Positions 1-13,023 of a stretch of DNA of 64,000 nucleotides are shown one piece after another (positions within the stretch are counted from its first letter, which is position 1; the number at the start of each line of letters is the position of its first letter). The position numbers and the translations under genes were made by a program. The stretch covers positions 336,226,001 to 336,290,000 of the forward strand of contig OZ024742.1 of NCBI GenBank assembly GCA_964016885.1. Reading direction: 5' to 3'. The stretch comes from Eledone cirrhosa. Taxonomy: Eukaryota. The notes below the pieces were generated by a model, which was given only the letters and a program-made list of their open reading frames with translations, did not search any database and was not told the DNA's origin.

Positions 1-546
1 GCACGAATTGGACGTTCAGTTGATCAAATTACTGAAAACATAACGCTGAAACAGATGAAGGATACATTATCAGCTCATGTTAAGCTTTTGTTTTATTATC
101 AGAGCGTTGGATGTCATAATCGGTAGAGCGACGGACAACATGACATGCAACATTTAATTAACTCTTTGTATATACTTCATTTTAACTTTCAGCGTTGCTG
201 GATCGATAAATCGAAGTATCTTTCTAGTACTGGGAGTCGATTACACTGTGTAGCTTTGTGTATGTGCTATAAATCATTACTATTATGACTGAGAAACGTA
301 ACTTGTTAGCAGAAGCGGTAGAGCGCCTAACAATATCTCTTAAGTGACTCTTTTGTTCTGGATTCATATCAGAGTCACTTCTGCTTTTCATCTTTCCGGA
401 ATCGATAAGATAATCACAATTCATATAATGGGATCGATATAATAAAGTATGAAATAACTCCCATATATATTATCTTATTCCAAAGTAAAAAACAAAAAAA
501 AGAATCATAGTCATTAACATTATTAAAATTATCGTTGTTATATATA

Positions 547-1714
547 CTAGCAGTGTATCCCGGCGTTGCACGGGTAAGAACATTGGTAACAGCACCTCCA
601 ATGAGAAACGTTTATTTGTGAGTGCCTGTTAAAAACTCACGAAAATATACCGACAGGAAACTTGTTTTATTTGGAGAAAATTAAGAAGTTGAAAGTACAG
701 TTTAGCTATCTACGTGCATTGTTCATAGAAATATTGTTGAGCCCCTTCTTTTCATACTCCTCTGTTTTGGCCTATTGGAGTAAATGTGAAAGAGAAAGTC
801 ACATGTTACGTTGGCAGAAGGTTCCAGTGTCATAGCAGTAAGGCGTAGGCTACTGACCTCAAAAGTTTACTCGCACTCTTTCTACTAAGTTACTCTTTCT
901 CTCTATCCCTCTCGGTGCAGTCCCTTGCGAATTTCTCGCGTAGGCCTGGTGTATATTTGCACCCGATCCATCTACCCGATGAACATGTCCGCTTTGTACG
1001 GCTTTTGGAGGAAGGAGTGACCAGCAGTACGTTGCTCGGTATTATTACGAAAAGGTGTAGCAGAGAATCCCGCGTGAACTAATGCTCGGGGGGAAACTGC
1101 TTACTTCCAAGATTCCTTTGCTATCGTTCTTGTCAACGCTACATTTAGTTGGTATTTGTTGGTCTACAGTTAGATGAATAGCGCACAAAGGGTTAATGTT
1201 TATTGGCAAGAAGTGCAACTAGGCTGGCTTGCCTCGCTTATATTATATATTAAAATAACAGATTAAAGTTTAAGCAAAGAATCGCTGCTTTCACCCTTAA
1301 CGGGATCTTCTGAAACTAAAAAAAATCAATCTGTGAACGCAGAAGTAAATATATCGAAAAACGTTGCAACCGAAGGAAAACAGGAAGACGATACTTTGGT
1401 TCGTGAAGACGTTCCCTGGCATGGAACGGAAAATAACAAACATAATACGTCATCAATGTTTGTCAGAATGTCGTAATTTAGACAGTCAGGCACACAGACA
1501 GATATTATAAGGGAGCAACGGAGATGGATAACCGGCGCCTAACACCCCTTTAACAACAGAAAATTGACAAATGAAAGCTGCAGTTAATATCTTTAGACCA
1601 CAAGGAATATATAAATGCAAGTTTGGAGTCAATCGGAGTAAAATGTGGATTTGTATAGACTTTGCAAAAATGAGGACACACACAGACAACAACAGTTTTT
1701 TTTATATATATAGA
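547..1714 (-). mobile_element. Non-autonomous Helitron (copy 1) carrying an embedded PLE tail fragment
   Basis: Minus strand starts A|TCTATATATATAAAA (1714) and ends with hairpin CCCGTGCAACGCCGGG then CTAG|T (547): classic Helitron termini at an A|T target. Second copy at 50369-51317. Confidence 0.8.
1267..1317 (-). ncRNA. Hammerhead ribozyme-like motif, variant core CAGAAGA
   Basis: Minus: AGTTT-CAGAAGA-TCCCGTTAAGGGT-GAAA-GCA...TGC-TT-AAACT; stems I, II and III can all pair. Confidence 0.55.
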
Positions 1715-1756
1715 TAATCCTCATCGCTATTATTATTATTTATGATAGTGGGACAG

Positions 1757-1982
1757 GTTGGTGGATTGGCAGTATCGGTAGACAGTCGGACAACATGCTT
1801 TGCAGCATAGAGTTACGATCCTTGACGGTCTGAGTTCAAATCCCGCCGCCGAGGTTAACTTTGCCTTTCATCCTTACGGGGTCGATAAAATAAAGTACCA
1901 GTCACGCACTGGGATCGATTTAATCGACTTTTCCTTCCCCCAAAATTACTATCCTTGTGCCTATATAAGAAACCATTATTAT
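1757..1982 (+). mobile_element. tRNA-derived SINE (MetaSINE-like central domain)
   Basis: A-box-like TGGCAGTATCGGTAG, B-box GAGTTCAAATCC, central GCCTTTCATCCTTACGGGGTCGATAAAATAAAGTACCAG, (ATT)n tail; many copies in window. Confidence 0.75.
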
Positions 1983-2084
1983 TACTGGAGAGATTTTTAC
2001 AGATCCTCAGATTGAATTGAACTCAGTATTGCAATTTAACGAACTACTGTTGCTGATCTCTATAGCGACAAGGCTTTCTTATTA

Positions 2085-2700
2085 CATCTCCATCGGTAAC
2101 GATGGATGCTCCAATTGTTCAAATGACTGAATCGCTTGTTAGTAAAATTAGCGTGTAAGTGGCTGAGCATGCGCCTGACATGAGTATCTTTAGCGCAGAT
2201 CTCACGGTGATTCACAGTGTGTGTGAGAAGGTTGGCCCTTTGAATTACAGGTACAGTTCATTTTTGCCAGCTGGGTAGGCTGCAGTAACGAGAAATAAAT
2301 TGTCATGCTCTAGGCCACAACGCACAACCAGAAATCGAACCCTCTATCCTAGGATGTGAGCCAAACATTCTAACCACCGCGTGGTTTGCCTTCACACACA
2401 ACACAGTGTCAGATCTCCGTCAGTTCATGACGACCAGTATTCTAATTATTTAAACAACGATTCAGTCTGACCATGTAATTCCACAGACACATGTACTCGC
2501 AAGAAATTCTGAAGGATATTCTGTGGGACACAATATGTGATAACGCTTACCCTTCCTTTCAATTACATTTGTCAGTTGTTTGGACTGGTGCAACGTGAAA
2601 TAAAATAATTTGCTCAAGGACACAACGCGCCAAAAGGAGTTGAACACATGACCTTACGATTGCAAACCGAACAACCTAAGAACTAAGTCACGCGCCTTCA
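2085..2700 (-). mobile_element. Two tandem decayed CORE-type tRNA SINEs
   Basis: Minus strand GTGTCCTTGAGCAA-type core and B-box-like heads; similar to 26585-26897. Confidence 0.6.
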
Positions 2701-3694
2701 CTACACACAGTACCATACAGTCGACCTCCCGGATTGTTGTCTAATAACTTATGAACTCGTTCCCCATCAATATAGAGTATCTGCATAAAAACATGACTGG
2801 TTGTCTGTCAATTTGAATGAAATATGTAGAACTAGAGAAGTTCTGCTAGAAAACTGCCTGGTATAGTTTTGATTAATTATCTCTTAGATATACATACAGA
2901 TAATCTGTCATAGACGGACAGCCATATATACACTCCCACACATACATACACTCACACTTACACAGGCTGAAAAACGGTACGAATAAATAAATAAATATGT
3001 CCTTCCCTCCGGTGGGACATATGATTAAAGCGGATGACGTTCAATGGCCTACTGTCATTTCAAATGAAGAAAATAGAATGTCAGGCGTTGCAGTGTAACA
3101 GACGGAGTGGCAGAGATACGGTCAGATTTTATATAAAATAATTTTAGACATAGGAGAAAATATGACTGAAAGACTCTCAGATACAGAGAGAAAGAGGGAA
3201 GGGGGGGGGGAATAAGAAAATGAATAAGTACTTCGGTAATAATGGAACGTACGTATGAATAAAACGTATGGCGATATGTAGACGATTCACAATTCGAAAG
3301 AATAATGTACACGGAGAGACTTATTTTGCTATATAACAGATTGCCTGGTGGAGATATAGCTGATTTAATTAACTATTAGACTGACAAACAGAACAATTGA
3401 CTGAAAATTGACAGATATATACAAGGAAATTTTCTACGAAATACCAGACACTCATTGCTTGTTTCCTTTTTGTATCGATCGCCATTGGATTTTCCTCCGG
3501 TGTCTTCAGACTGCCGTTTTTCTCCGACAAATCGGAACCAAGGTATCACACCTGAGGAAGGAAACTCATGATGTGGAATGACTGATGTAGCGGGTATTCT
3601 TGGTTTATAATTAAAGTAGATATAGCTGGCAATGATTTCGCCATTTTGTCCACGGAGTGCAGTTGAGATATACTGTATAGTCAAGGATATAGAG

Positions 3695-3856
3695 CAGGCG
3701 TGGGCAACCTTTAGTACACGGTGCACTGTATGTCATTTGAATTATCAGAAGGCTGGTCACTGCTAAAAGATTCAAAGTAATTTTTCGTAAGGCATGACAT
3801 TCAGAGAGCCAAATGGGCCGCATACGGCCCGCTAACAGCATTTTGCTCACAAATTG
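3695..3856. mobile_element. Decayed hAT-type MITE
   Basis: Left end CAGGCGTGGGCAAC, subterminal GGGCCGCATACGGCCCGC, degenerate right end TTGCTCACAAATTG. Confidence 0.4.
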
Positions 3857-4699
3857 TGTAGAATTTGCTCCCTAGTTATCTCCCATCATAATTTTTCTTT
3901 CTTTCCTTTTCTTTTCTCTTTTTTGTTTATTTGTTTCTTATGAGAGTGTAAACACATTTTGAAAATTTGAAATGAATAGATTCTTACAAGGTACTCACTG
4001 ACAAGGAAATGTTTTATTTATCAACCCGATGTAACAGAATATACACGGAGCATTCCACCCCAATCCACTTCTTAAATGCAAACAGCTCGCAACTAGGACC
4101 CTTAAAATCGCTTCAAATCACGTAAAATTTATCCTGGCGACCCACATCCTTAACCTACCTAAGTTTAAACAAAATTAACTAGAATATCGAGTTTTGAAAC
4201 GCGAGTGTATGAGAACTCGTAGGAAAATGGAAGAACTCGACGTAAGGAAGTTGTTAAAACAAGAAAGTGCCGTCGAAAAGGCGTTGGGTAAAACTTTACC
4301 TCAAAGGACAGAAATCAGCGAAGTGATTTAACTCGAAGAATTGATGGGAAGGAAGAAATAGAATAGATGTGAAGAGATCACAAACATTAAAATACACTCA
4401 TCAGATTTCAGACCACCTGCAGTTTCAACCATTTGTATTTCAAAAGGCTAGCTGTTCTCTCCCCAGAGCCAAAAAAATACCTTAAACGTCAACAATGACT
4501 CACCATCTACAAATCTCTGGTAACATTCACAATGGAGTTTTGCTCCCATGCCTAGGTCGGTGCTGTTGCTACTCAGACACACAATGTCATGAACTACAGT
4601 CACAGTAATGGCTACTCGACTGATTAGTATAACGTCATTCACTCCATCCGGTCTAAAATTCGAATCCACCAGTTTTTGATCGTGAGTCCAACATGTGCA

Positions 4700-4985
4700 T
4701 ACGAAAGTAGCCTCTACTACTCCAAGCTCACTTTCATCGACTCATTCCTCTCGTCAGCTATATTATGCCCAACATCCTAGGTTTCACACAAACTATTATG
4801 CCCCGCCCTTGCTTCTTTCTCAGAGTGTTGACCCTCTGGAGTTCTCTCCTCGCTGATGTTTTTTTTTCTAGACATCGACTTAACAATTTAAGGGGCAGGT
4901 TAGCGGCACCAGCTTCTCTAGCACCGGAGGATCTGCGAAGGCTATGAGCATAGCTATTTCCTGTAGATCAAACTGATTATTTAAA
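4700..4985 (+). mobile_element. 3' fragment of a CR1/Jockey-group LINE
   Basis: Remnant peptide FFLRVLTLWSSLLADVF resembles the LINE C-terminal FF.R...LWN.LP..VF motif. Confidence 0.4.
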
Positions 4986-5269
4986 TAATATCTTACATGT
5001 AACATATGTAAATGTAACAAAAACGTACTTAGTGGCTATATTGTTAATTGGAATTAATATAATAGATCGTCAGAGTTTGCTATTAAGAAATTAATGATTG
5101 TCTGATTTAGTACGTGTCAACCTGAACTGACATCTTACCAATGTGACTGACAAAGCATATATTTTTCTTTTATTTTCTTACTGTCATTAGACTGCGGCCA
5201 ATGTGAAGGTTCACTTTGAAGAAATTTAGTCGATCATAATAACCCGAGTAATTATCTTTTCAACATTTC

Positions 5270-5630
5270 GATGGTAAATTGAGGCGTCGCATTAAATGTC
5301 TTCGAATTCATTCCGGCTCTCTGTGCCATGAGTTCAAATCTCGCTGAAGTTAACTTTACCGTTCATTCTTTTGTGGTCGATAAAATGAAATACCTAAGTA
5401 CGACTCCTGGGTCGGTGGTTTAGCGAAACTGTTACTGTGAGATGGGGTTTCTGATTCAAAATACTTTGCGCTATACATTCTGAATTCGAATCCCGACGAG
5501 GTTAACTATGTGCATTTCATCCTTCCGGGATCGATAAAATAAAGTATCAGATAAGTACTGAGGTCAATATATTCGACATCCTCCTTTCCTCAAATATGAT
5601 GGCCTTGTGCCAACATTAGAAAGAATTATT
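5270..5630 (+). mobile_element. Two tandem MetaSINE-like SINEs
   Basis: Two B-box plus TTCAT(C/T)CTT..G..G.TCGATAAAAT modules matching 1757-1982. Confidence 0.6.
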
Positions 5631-7139
5631 CAGTTTAAGACGATTGAAAAAGAAAAATAGTTTACAGAAAGAATTATTTCCCTTTCCATTTAACTATGAC
5701 AACACATTTCCTTTTGTCGGAAGTTAACTTCAGAATAAACGATCGAAATGCACATACAGACGGACAGACACGCGGACAGACAGACATATGGTAGTTGAAT
5801 TGTTAGACAAACTGACCAAGTGTCTGCCTGATACACTGACTATATGAGTAAACGAATAAATATATGTTTAAGGTATCATTAGTTTGGAACATACCTAAAC
5901 AGCAGCCGACTTTGTATTGCCGTTAGTCAAATCTATATATATGTGTAACTGTCTGTATGCGTATGCGTATGTGTGTGTATGTGTAAATCAGACTGTCTGA
6001 CGGTGATATGGTTGATTAACTGACAGACATATTGTCAGATAAAACTAAAGAAGAGGAGAAAATGGCAAAAGCAACCTGACTAAGAAACAGGTCGTAGACA
6101 GCATAAGTTTCTGTCAGACGGATGTAATAATGAAAAGATTCAACGAGACGGAAGGAATACACACACACACATACATATGTGTATGTGTGTATCTATATAT
6201 ACATACACAAATGAATACAAACATACGTGTGTGTGCGCGCGCGCGTGTAGATAAATCAATAAACGTGCAGTAAGGAAGTAGATAAATAGAAGTTTTGTTT
6301 TTCTTCTCCAAATATCAATATTTTCAATATGGCTAAAGTGAGTGGGGAGCTGAAGGAAAAAAATGATTCGATTCTACCTTTCAGAAATGGAGTCGACCCT
6401 ACCATTCCCATATCCGTGATCAATAATACAGGTGCAAGTTGTATAATGGGGCTTAGTTCAATAAACCCTAAGCCTTCAAAACAAGTTTCTAGTGTTGTGC
6501 TTATGTGGTGAACTGGCGGATGTGTTAGAACATCGAACAGTATCTATGTTTCCTGATGTTTATTCTGGCTCTTTGTGTTTCAAGTTCAAACTCGCCGATG
6601 TCAACATTGACTTTCATCCTGCAGCGATCGATCAGAAAAAAAAAACTACCGCGCTAGGATGCTTGAATCATTAGAGCATCGGACGTGGTCCTTTGTGGTA
6701 TTTGGTCTGACTCATTGCGTTCTGAGTTCAAATCCTGCTATGCCATTCTTTGTTGTTAAGATTAATCTGTCGCCTGGTTTAGCACCAACTCCAGTTGCCT
6801 GAAAGAGTTTTAAAAGTCTACACTGTTGCAAACATTCTGGTCAGGTTTCCAGTTTAAGAAAAACTTACACCAGGTCCTAATTCCTCCTGATTATGTGATA
6901 AAAATATATTAGAAATCATTGTTAATAAATCTTGTTAGATGAATTGTAAGACATATATGATGATGGATGTTCTATCGGTTCGACGATGAGCATGTAGTTG
7001 TTCGTCGATCAACCGAACGTTTGATCAACTCGTGAATTAACGTGTAAATATTTCAGAGATATGTGTATCGTTATCATAATTCCCAAGACGGGACAGTTCA
7101 ATTACAGATACAATGCATTCGAGAAGCTGCCATACAGTT

Positions 7140-7877
7140 TTTGTGTACCTAGTTTCCCTCACAAGGCATTGGTAGCGGGTCCTGTCAGAAGCAACCGTAT
7201 CCCACTGGTCCGGTTGGATCCCCAAGCTAGATAAATCAAGCTCATGGATGTTATCATGGATAACATCTGTCCAGGGATTCTTTTCTGAGACATACTAACC
7301 ACATGCTCATAATATCAGAGCTGTGATCTCTCAATTCGGTGAAGTAGCGGCTCTACCCGGAGTGATTCTCTGATCTCCAAGTACGCACTTTATTGAGTAA
7401 CGTTACTCCAAAGGCCCTTGGGCCCGAAGTTCATCTTCCCTTGCAGCCTTGCCACATTTGAGCTCTTTAACTGCTCTTGTGACCGCAGCCTCTGTGAGAA
7501 TAGTCACTGGTCCCAGATGCACCTCGTGTACATCCGAAAATGCTGTTGTGATCGAGTTAAGGAGATCAGAAAAGTATTCTCTCCACCTCACGAGGATGCA
7601 CATCTCTGAAGAAGGAGAACCCAAGACGCGTTCTTGATAGCAGGTGTGGAGGAGAGCTTCTTATTACGAAGTCGGCGGATGGTCTGCCAGAACACTTTAT
7701 TTGCTGATCTGAAGTTGGATTCCAGCTTAACCCCAAGGTCCTCCCATGTCTTAATATTGGACGCCTTTACTGTCACTGCCAAGATTATTCGTGCCTGCTT
7801 GTAAGTGCAAGTGCAAGAAGGAGAGTTATTTCCAAACCAAGCTTTGTAAGCTTCCTTTTTTTCTCGGATGCCATCAG
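7140..7877 (-). mobile_element. RTE-clade LINE fragment, internally deleted
   Basis: Peptides WEDLGVKLESNFRSANKVFWQTIRRLR and RWREYFSDLLN...AVKELKCGKAA.EDELR (pre-RT region) joined directly to a C-terminal remnant (IRESLRVEPLLHRIERSQL); RT core missing. Confidence 0.75.
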
Positions 7878-7904
7878 CTCAGCTGTTTCTGCTTCAGCTA
7901 TTAA

Positions 7905-8785
7905 ATGCTGCGGGTGAAAGAGGCTTAGTGTGGATCGGAATCATTAAACTGTCGAACAAAATGTTTTTGGTTTTTGGCGGTCTGAGTTCAAATCCCACCG
8001 AGTCTAACTTTGTTTATCATTCTTCCAGTGTCGATTTACACTTCCCGTCTAATTGCTGTCATTGTGCCTAAATTAGAAACCATTGGAGGCGGTTAGTCAG
8101 CAGAGTCGTTAGTCATGAACAACTACATTGCAGTATTTGTTCTTCTTTTACGTACTGTGTTCAAACCCAATGGAAATGGAGGTTGATTTTGCCTATCATC
8201 CTTTCGGATGAAATAAAGTACCTTAAAAATGTGGCCGGAATAACCGATTTCCCCCTCTATCTTTAGAAATGGCTGGCCTTGTACCTAAATTAGATATATT
8301 TATTCGTCGGTTTAAGTGTGGTGGATTTGTGGACGTGGTAGAGCGTCGGATAAAATGCTATTGTGGTATATTTGGCCAGGCTATTTGCATTCTGAGTTCA
8401 AATTCTGCTGAAGTAAACTTTGTCTTCCTTCAGGGGCTATAAAATAAAGTACCAGTCACGCATCACGCACTGTGGTCAATGGAATCGACATTTCCCTCCC
8501 TACAAATTTCTGGCCGTGTGACTAAATTATAGATAGATATTCGTCCTTCTGAGGGTGGTAGACTTGCAGGAATGGTAGAGCGTCTGATAAAATGCTATTG
8601 CGGTAGTTGTTCTGGCTTTGTACATTCTGAGTTCAAATCGCACCAAGGTAAAATTTGCTTTTCATCCTTCCGGAGGTCGATAAAATAAAATACCAGTGAA
8701 GTACTGAGGTCGATATAATCGAGTTTCCATTGCTGCCGCCCTCAAATTACAGACCATGTGTCTAAATTAGCAAATATTATTATTC
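7905..8785 (+). mobile_element. Head-to-tail array of four MetaSINE-like SINEs
   Basis: Four successive ~200-240 bp units, each with A/B box, central domain remnant and GTG(C/A/T)CTAAATTA-type end. Confidence 0.7.
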
Positions 8786-9096
8786 ATCCGGCTGGTTTTA
8801 TTGACACTTCAGCACCTTTCTTAGGTTTCATCGACCAGAATCTCCAATACTGGTTACACTGAATATACTGGATACTCTGATATTCAAAAACGACCAACGG
8901 AATAACAGGTGTCTTCCGGAAACCGGAAACGAACCGGCGTTCTCAGATTTAAGGCCGTCATGCATTATTGATCGTGTTGTATTAGGATAGCTCTCGTTAC
9001 GCTGCAGCCTTAATGGCCCATCATTTAGTACATTCATTCATTCATTCATTCATACATACATACATACATACATACATACATACATACATACATACA

Positions 9097-9127
<31 letters not shown>

Positions 9128-9187
9128 GTAAACAACGTAATCGAACTCACGCGTGTGTGTATATATACGCATACATATATTCATGCA

Positions 9188-9235
<48 letters not shown>

Positions 9236-9236
<1 letters not shown>

Positions 9237-10106
9237 GAGGTGTGTCAGAAAAGTTCCAGGACTGATGTAACAAAAGATCTATTTCAAACCCAAACTTCAC
9301 ACTAAGAGTTTTCTCCTTCAAAGTAATCCCCCTGGAGTCTAATGCACTTTTCCATCCTTTTCTGCCACGCTTGCATGCACTCCTGGAAGGATTCTTCCGG
9401 GATCCCCCGCAGTTCCGTCGTCACGGCCTTTTTCATGTCGTCCACGTCTTCAACACGTCGTACTCGAAGATCCATGACTCATCACCGGTGATGACTGTCC
9501 CTAGCAAGTCTGGTTCGGTTTCAAGACGCTCGAGGATGTCCTGGCACACTTGCATGCCTCGACCCTTCTGGTCATCGTTCAGCAGTTTTGGCACCATCTT
9601 CGCGCAGACTTTCCGCATGTCCAAATCTTCAGTGAGAATCTTCCAGGCGCTGTCTTTGTTCACGCCCAGCTCATTTGCCATCAGTCGAACAGTCAGCCGA
9701 CGATCGCTACGCACCATCTGTCTGACGCGCTCAACGTTAACCTCAGTCCTGGTTGTTGAGGGCCTTCCGCTCCTGGGGTCATCTTTCCCCACGCAAAAAC
9801 ACGTGAGCATGACATCGTCTCATCTTCATACACTTGCTGCAGCACCCCGGTGCTTCTGACGGTGTTTTACCCAACCGTACCAGAAACTTCAAGTTTGTTC
9901 GTTGCTCTGTGCTCATTGCTTGACGACCTGAAACAGAGGACATGTATATAAAATTATGAAAAGAAAAGTTTGATCGCTGCAGAGAGCTAAGATTACAGTT
10001 ACATGCTCCAGGGGGATTACTTTGAAGGAGAAAACTCTTAGTGTGAAGTTTGGGTTTGAAATAAATCTTTTGTGACATCAGCCCTGGAACTTTTCTGACA
10101 CACCTC

Positions 10107-10107
<1 letters not shown>
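9236..10107 (-). mobile_element. Mariner derivative with 102-bp inverted ends in (TA)n
   Basis: TA|CGAGGTGTGTCAGAAAAGTTCCAGG at both ends; 9236-9337 is the near-exact reverse complement of 10006-10107. Confidence 0.92.
9302..9916 (-). pseudogene. Mariner transposase, frameshifted and internally deleted
   Basis: EQRTNLKFLVRLGKTPSE, DDPRSGRPST, CAKMVPKLL, ITGDESWIFEYD, then a jump to C-terminal CIRLQGDYFEGENS*; second and third catalytic Asp regions absent. Confidence 0.9.
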
Positions 10108-10168
<61 letters not shown>

Positions 10169-10639
10169 GCATGTATACACAGGGGAACTACATGCCATTC
10201 TAGCAACGATGGTATCAATTACCTGGCTATTTCTCCGATATCCGGAGAAAATGGTCCAGATAACTAGAGATGAATGGAAAGAGATCTTGCGATGATGCTT
10301 CTAACAAGGAACGTATAACCAGCGAATGTAACACCCTGCAGACAATAAAAAGAAAACAAAACATTTGTGTTACTTTAGATATGCGACACCGATGTTAAAA
10401 TCCGAAAAATACTCTCAACTTCCACTAAAAGTGTCCACATCCACAATGACGTTGACCGCCGCCTCCACCAGAGAGGAAAACAAGGCGGCGGAAAGTTAAC
10501 AACTTAAACATCCTTTGAATATGAAGGGGTGTGTGTGTGACAGCTCACACCTATGCAGGTTTAGCTGGCTTCCTCCAAGGTATATCTCGTTGGAGGTGTC
10601 TTGGGTGATTTAATGATAGGAACCCCATTCCTATTACCT

Positions 10640-11030
10640 CGTTTCTACAGCTGAGTAAACTGGAGCAACGTGAAGTGTCTTGCTCAAGGAAACAACACAT
10701 CGCCCGGTCCTAGAATTGAACTCACAACCTTTCGATCGATTGCAAGCCAAATGCTCTAACCACTAAGCCATGCTTGAGTTCAACTCACGATTGTAAGATC
10801 ATGGGTTCGATTTCCAGACGTATTGTGTCCTTGAGCAAGACGCTCTATTTCACATTGCGTCAGCTAGTAAAAATGTGTTGTTCATGTAATTCAAGGGGCC
10901 AGTCTTATCATATGTGTCACGTTAAATCACCCCGAGAGTTGGGTCAAGGGTGCGTGTGCATGTGGAATGCTCAGCCACTTACCCGTTAATTGCATGATCA
11001 GGCAGTTTTATTGATTGAATCAACTGGAGC
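10640..11030. mobile_element. Two head-to-head CORE-type SINEs
   Basis: GTGTCTTGCTCAAGGA (minus copy, ~10675) and GTGTCCTTGAGCAAGAC (plus copy, ~10825). Confidence 0.6.
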
Positions 11031-11706
11031 AGAAACCACTAAGTTTAAAGTGTATCTACAAAGTATGCCTACATGAAACATAAAAGCTAGAGATTTGGGA
11101 AGAGATTTAAATAATAAAATTACACCCTGTCTGATGCCTCAGGACAGAGACCCAGGGAAATTGCAATGCTCTACTGCAACAGAATATTAGATAAGAGGTT
11201 TTCACCCTATCAGGAGAAAGTCATGCATGATTATGGTGTCAGAAAGTTCCAGAGACAAAATAACGCAGCTAATCAGGGCAGTCTCTTTTAGATGAAGAAT
11301 CAGTCTAATTCAGGAACAGGAGATAACTACGAAGTACTTGAGTCATAAAAAGAGTTAGGGATACAGATAAAAATAAACAACAAAGAACAAACACATCACG
11401 AGACAACATATGCAGAAACTGTGAAATTAAATTACATTCGTATGTAACATGTTAAACCTGGCTTTGACCGGTAGATTTCGTTACAAGTGGCCACCTGAAA
11501 ATGCTTGACTGTTTCGCATGTGATTTCAAATGTTTGAAATATATATATATATATATATATATATAGTTTTTTTTTATGTATATATATATATAAATCTCTC
11601 TCCCGCCGCCCCCCTCTCTCTCTCTCTATATATATATATTTATATGTTTATATATTTATTTATTTATGTACATATATATGTATATATATATATATGTGTG
11701 TGTGTA

Positions 11707-11749
<43 letters not shown>

Positions 11750-12375
11750 ATACATATGTGTGTGTGTGCGCGTAATTATCGCACAACGTATCACGCTAAA
11801 TTCCCCTGAGAACTATGTTAATGGTACAGGAGCATCACACAGCCACGTGTACCATAAACGAGACTCTCGAGTAGATTTAGTTGGACACGGTGTGTGATAA
11901 GGCTTAATTGCAGGTACAACTCAAGTTTCTCTGCCAAACACATACCAGCATACACATGCGCTTACATATGTACGAACACACACCTCCACCAACAACACAT
12001 CACATTTAACACCCCCACACACGCAAACACACTGTAATGTGCCCCCTACCTGCACATAACTATGTCGGACACCACACCCCGCCCCTACCAGGACGCCAGA
12101 TCGCTCTCCCTCTCTCCTCAATTATGTTTTTATTTTTGTAATTTCTTCCTGACGTTATTTCAATTATCTTTTATTTATTATTTTTGTTTGCATTTTTCAT
12201 TCTTTAACGTTATTTTGTTTGCTAGTTTCCTTTTATGTTATTTTTGACGAAGGACAAATATCCGATACGTTGACTATGTAACTATTTCTTCTTTCTCCAA
12301 GCGTGAAACAAATACACTTTATGTCATTTCATCCTCTTGTTTGTTCGTTTCGTGTTTCCTTTACTTATATATATA

Positions 12376-12955
12376 CTAGCCGAATTACCCGCGTCTTGCT
12401 GAGTTTCACACATTTTTTTTGTAAGAAAATGATTTTAAATCAGTGATATAATTTATGGAGAAAATATAAAGGGAAATGTTAAAAAGTGGAGGTATTAACT
12501 AATAATTTTTATTGTCATAATTCTTCTGATGTTTTGCCATAGATAAAATATCTAAATTAGCCAAATTTTACTATAAAAGAGAGGTACGTTTTTGTTGATT
12601 TTCGTTTAATTAATAGTAAAAACCCCGTGATGACAGAGGTTCCAATACTCAAGTTATGGGCTTCCAAAATGTTCACTATAGTGGGTTTAACTATTGCTGA
12701 AATTTTGTGAATAGGCATCAAATCATTTACCTATGGTGTAAATTTCATATAAATCGAAAGGAAAACATTTTCAGCGGGGGTAAGCGGGGGTTTGAGGCCC
12801 CGGGGAACCCTTTGATTAAAATAAAATATATTATCCAAGTACCCTGGGCAATGTAGTTTCAGAATATATATGGTTATGGTGGTATATCTCCAAAACCATA
12901 GGAGGAGTTCGTGAACAAACAAACAAACAGACAGGCACTACAACTTATATATATA
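12376..12955 (-). mobile_element. Non-autonomous Helitron-like element (second family)
   Basis: Minus 3' end: hairpin ACTCAGCAAGACGCGGGT then CTAG|T; 5' region has (TTTG)n/(TCTG)n next to a TA run, as in Lep1-like Helitrons. 5' TC not clearly resolved. Confidence 0.6.
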
Positions 12956-12961
12956 TATTTA

Positions 12962-13023
<62 letters not shown>

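Noticed and set aside
1757-1850. tRNA gene
   Set aside because: A/B boxes are SINE heads; no complete cloverleaf, and SINE body follows.
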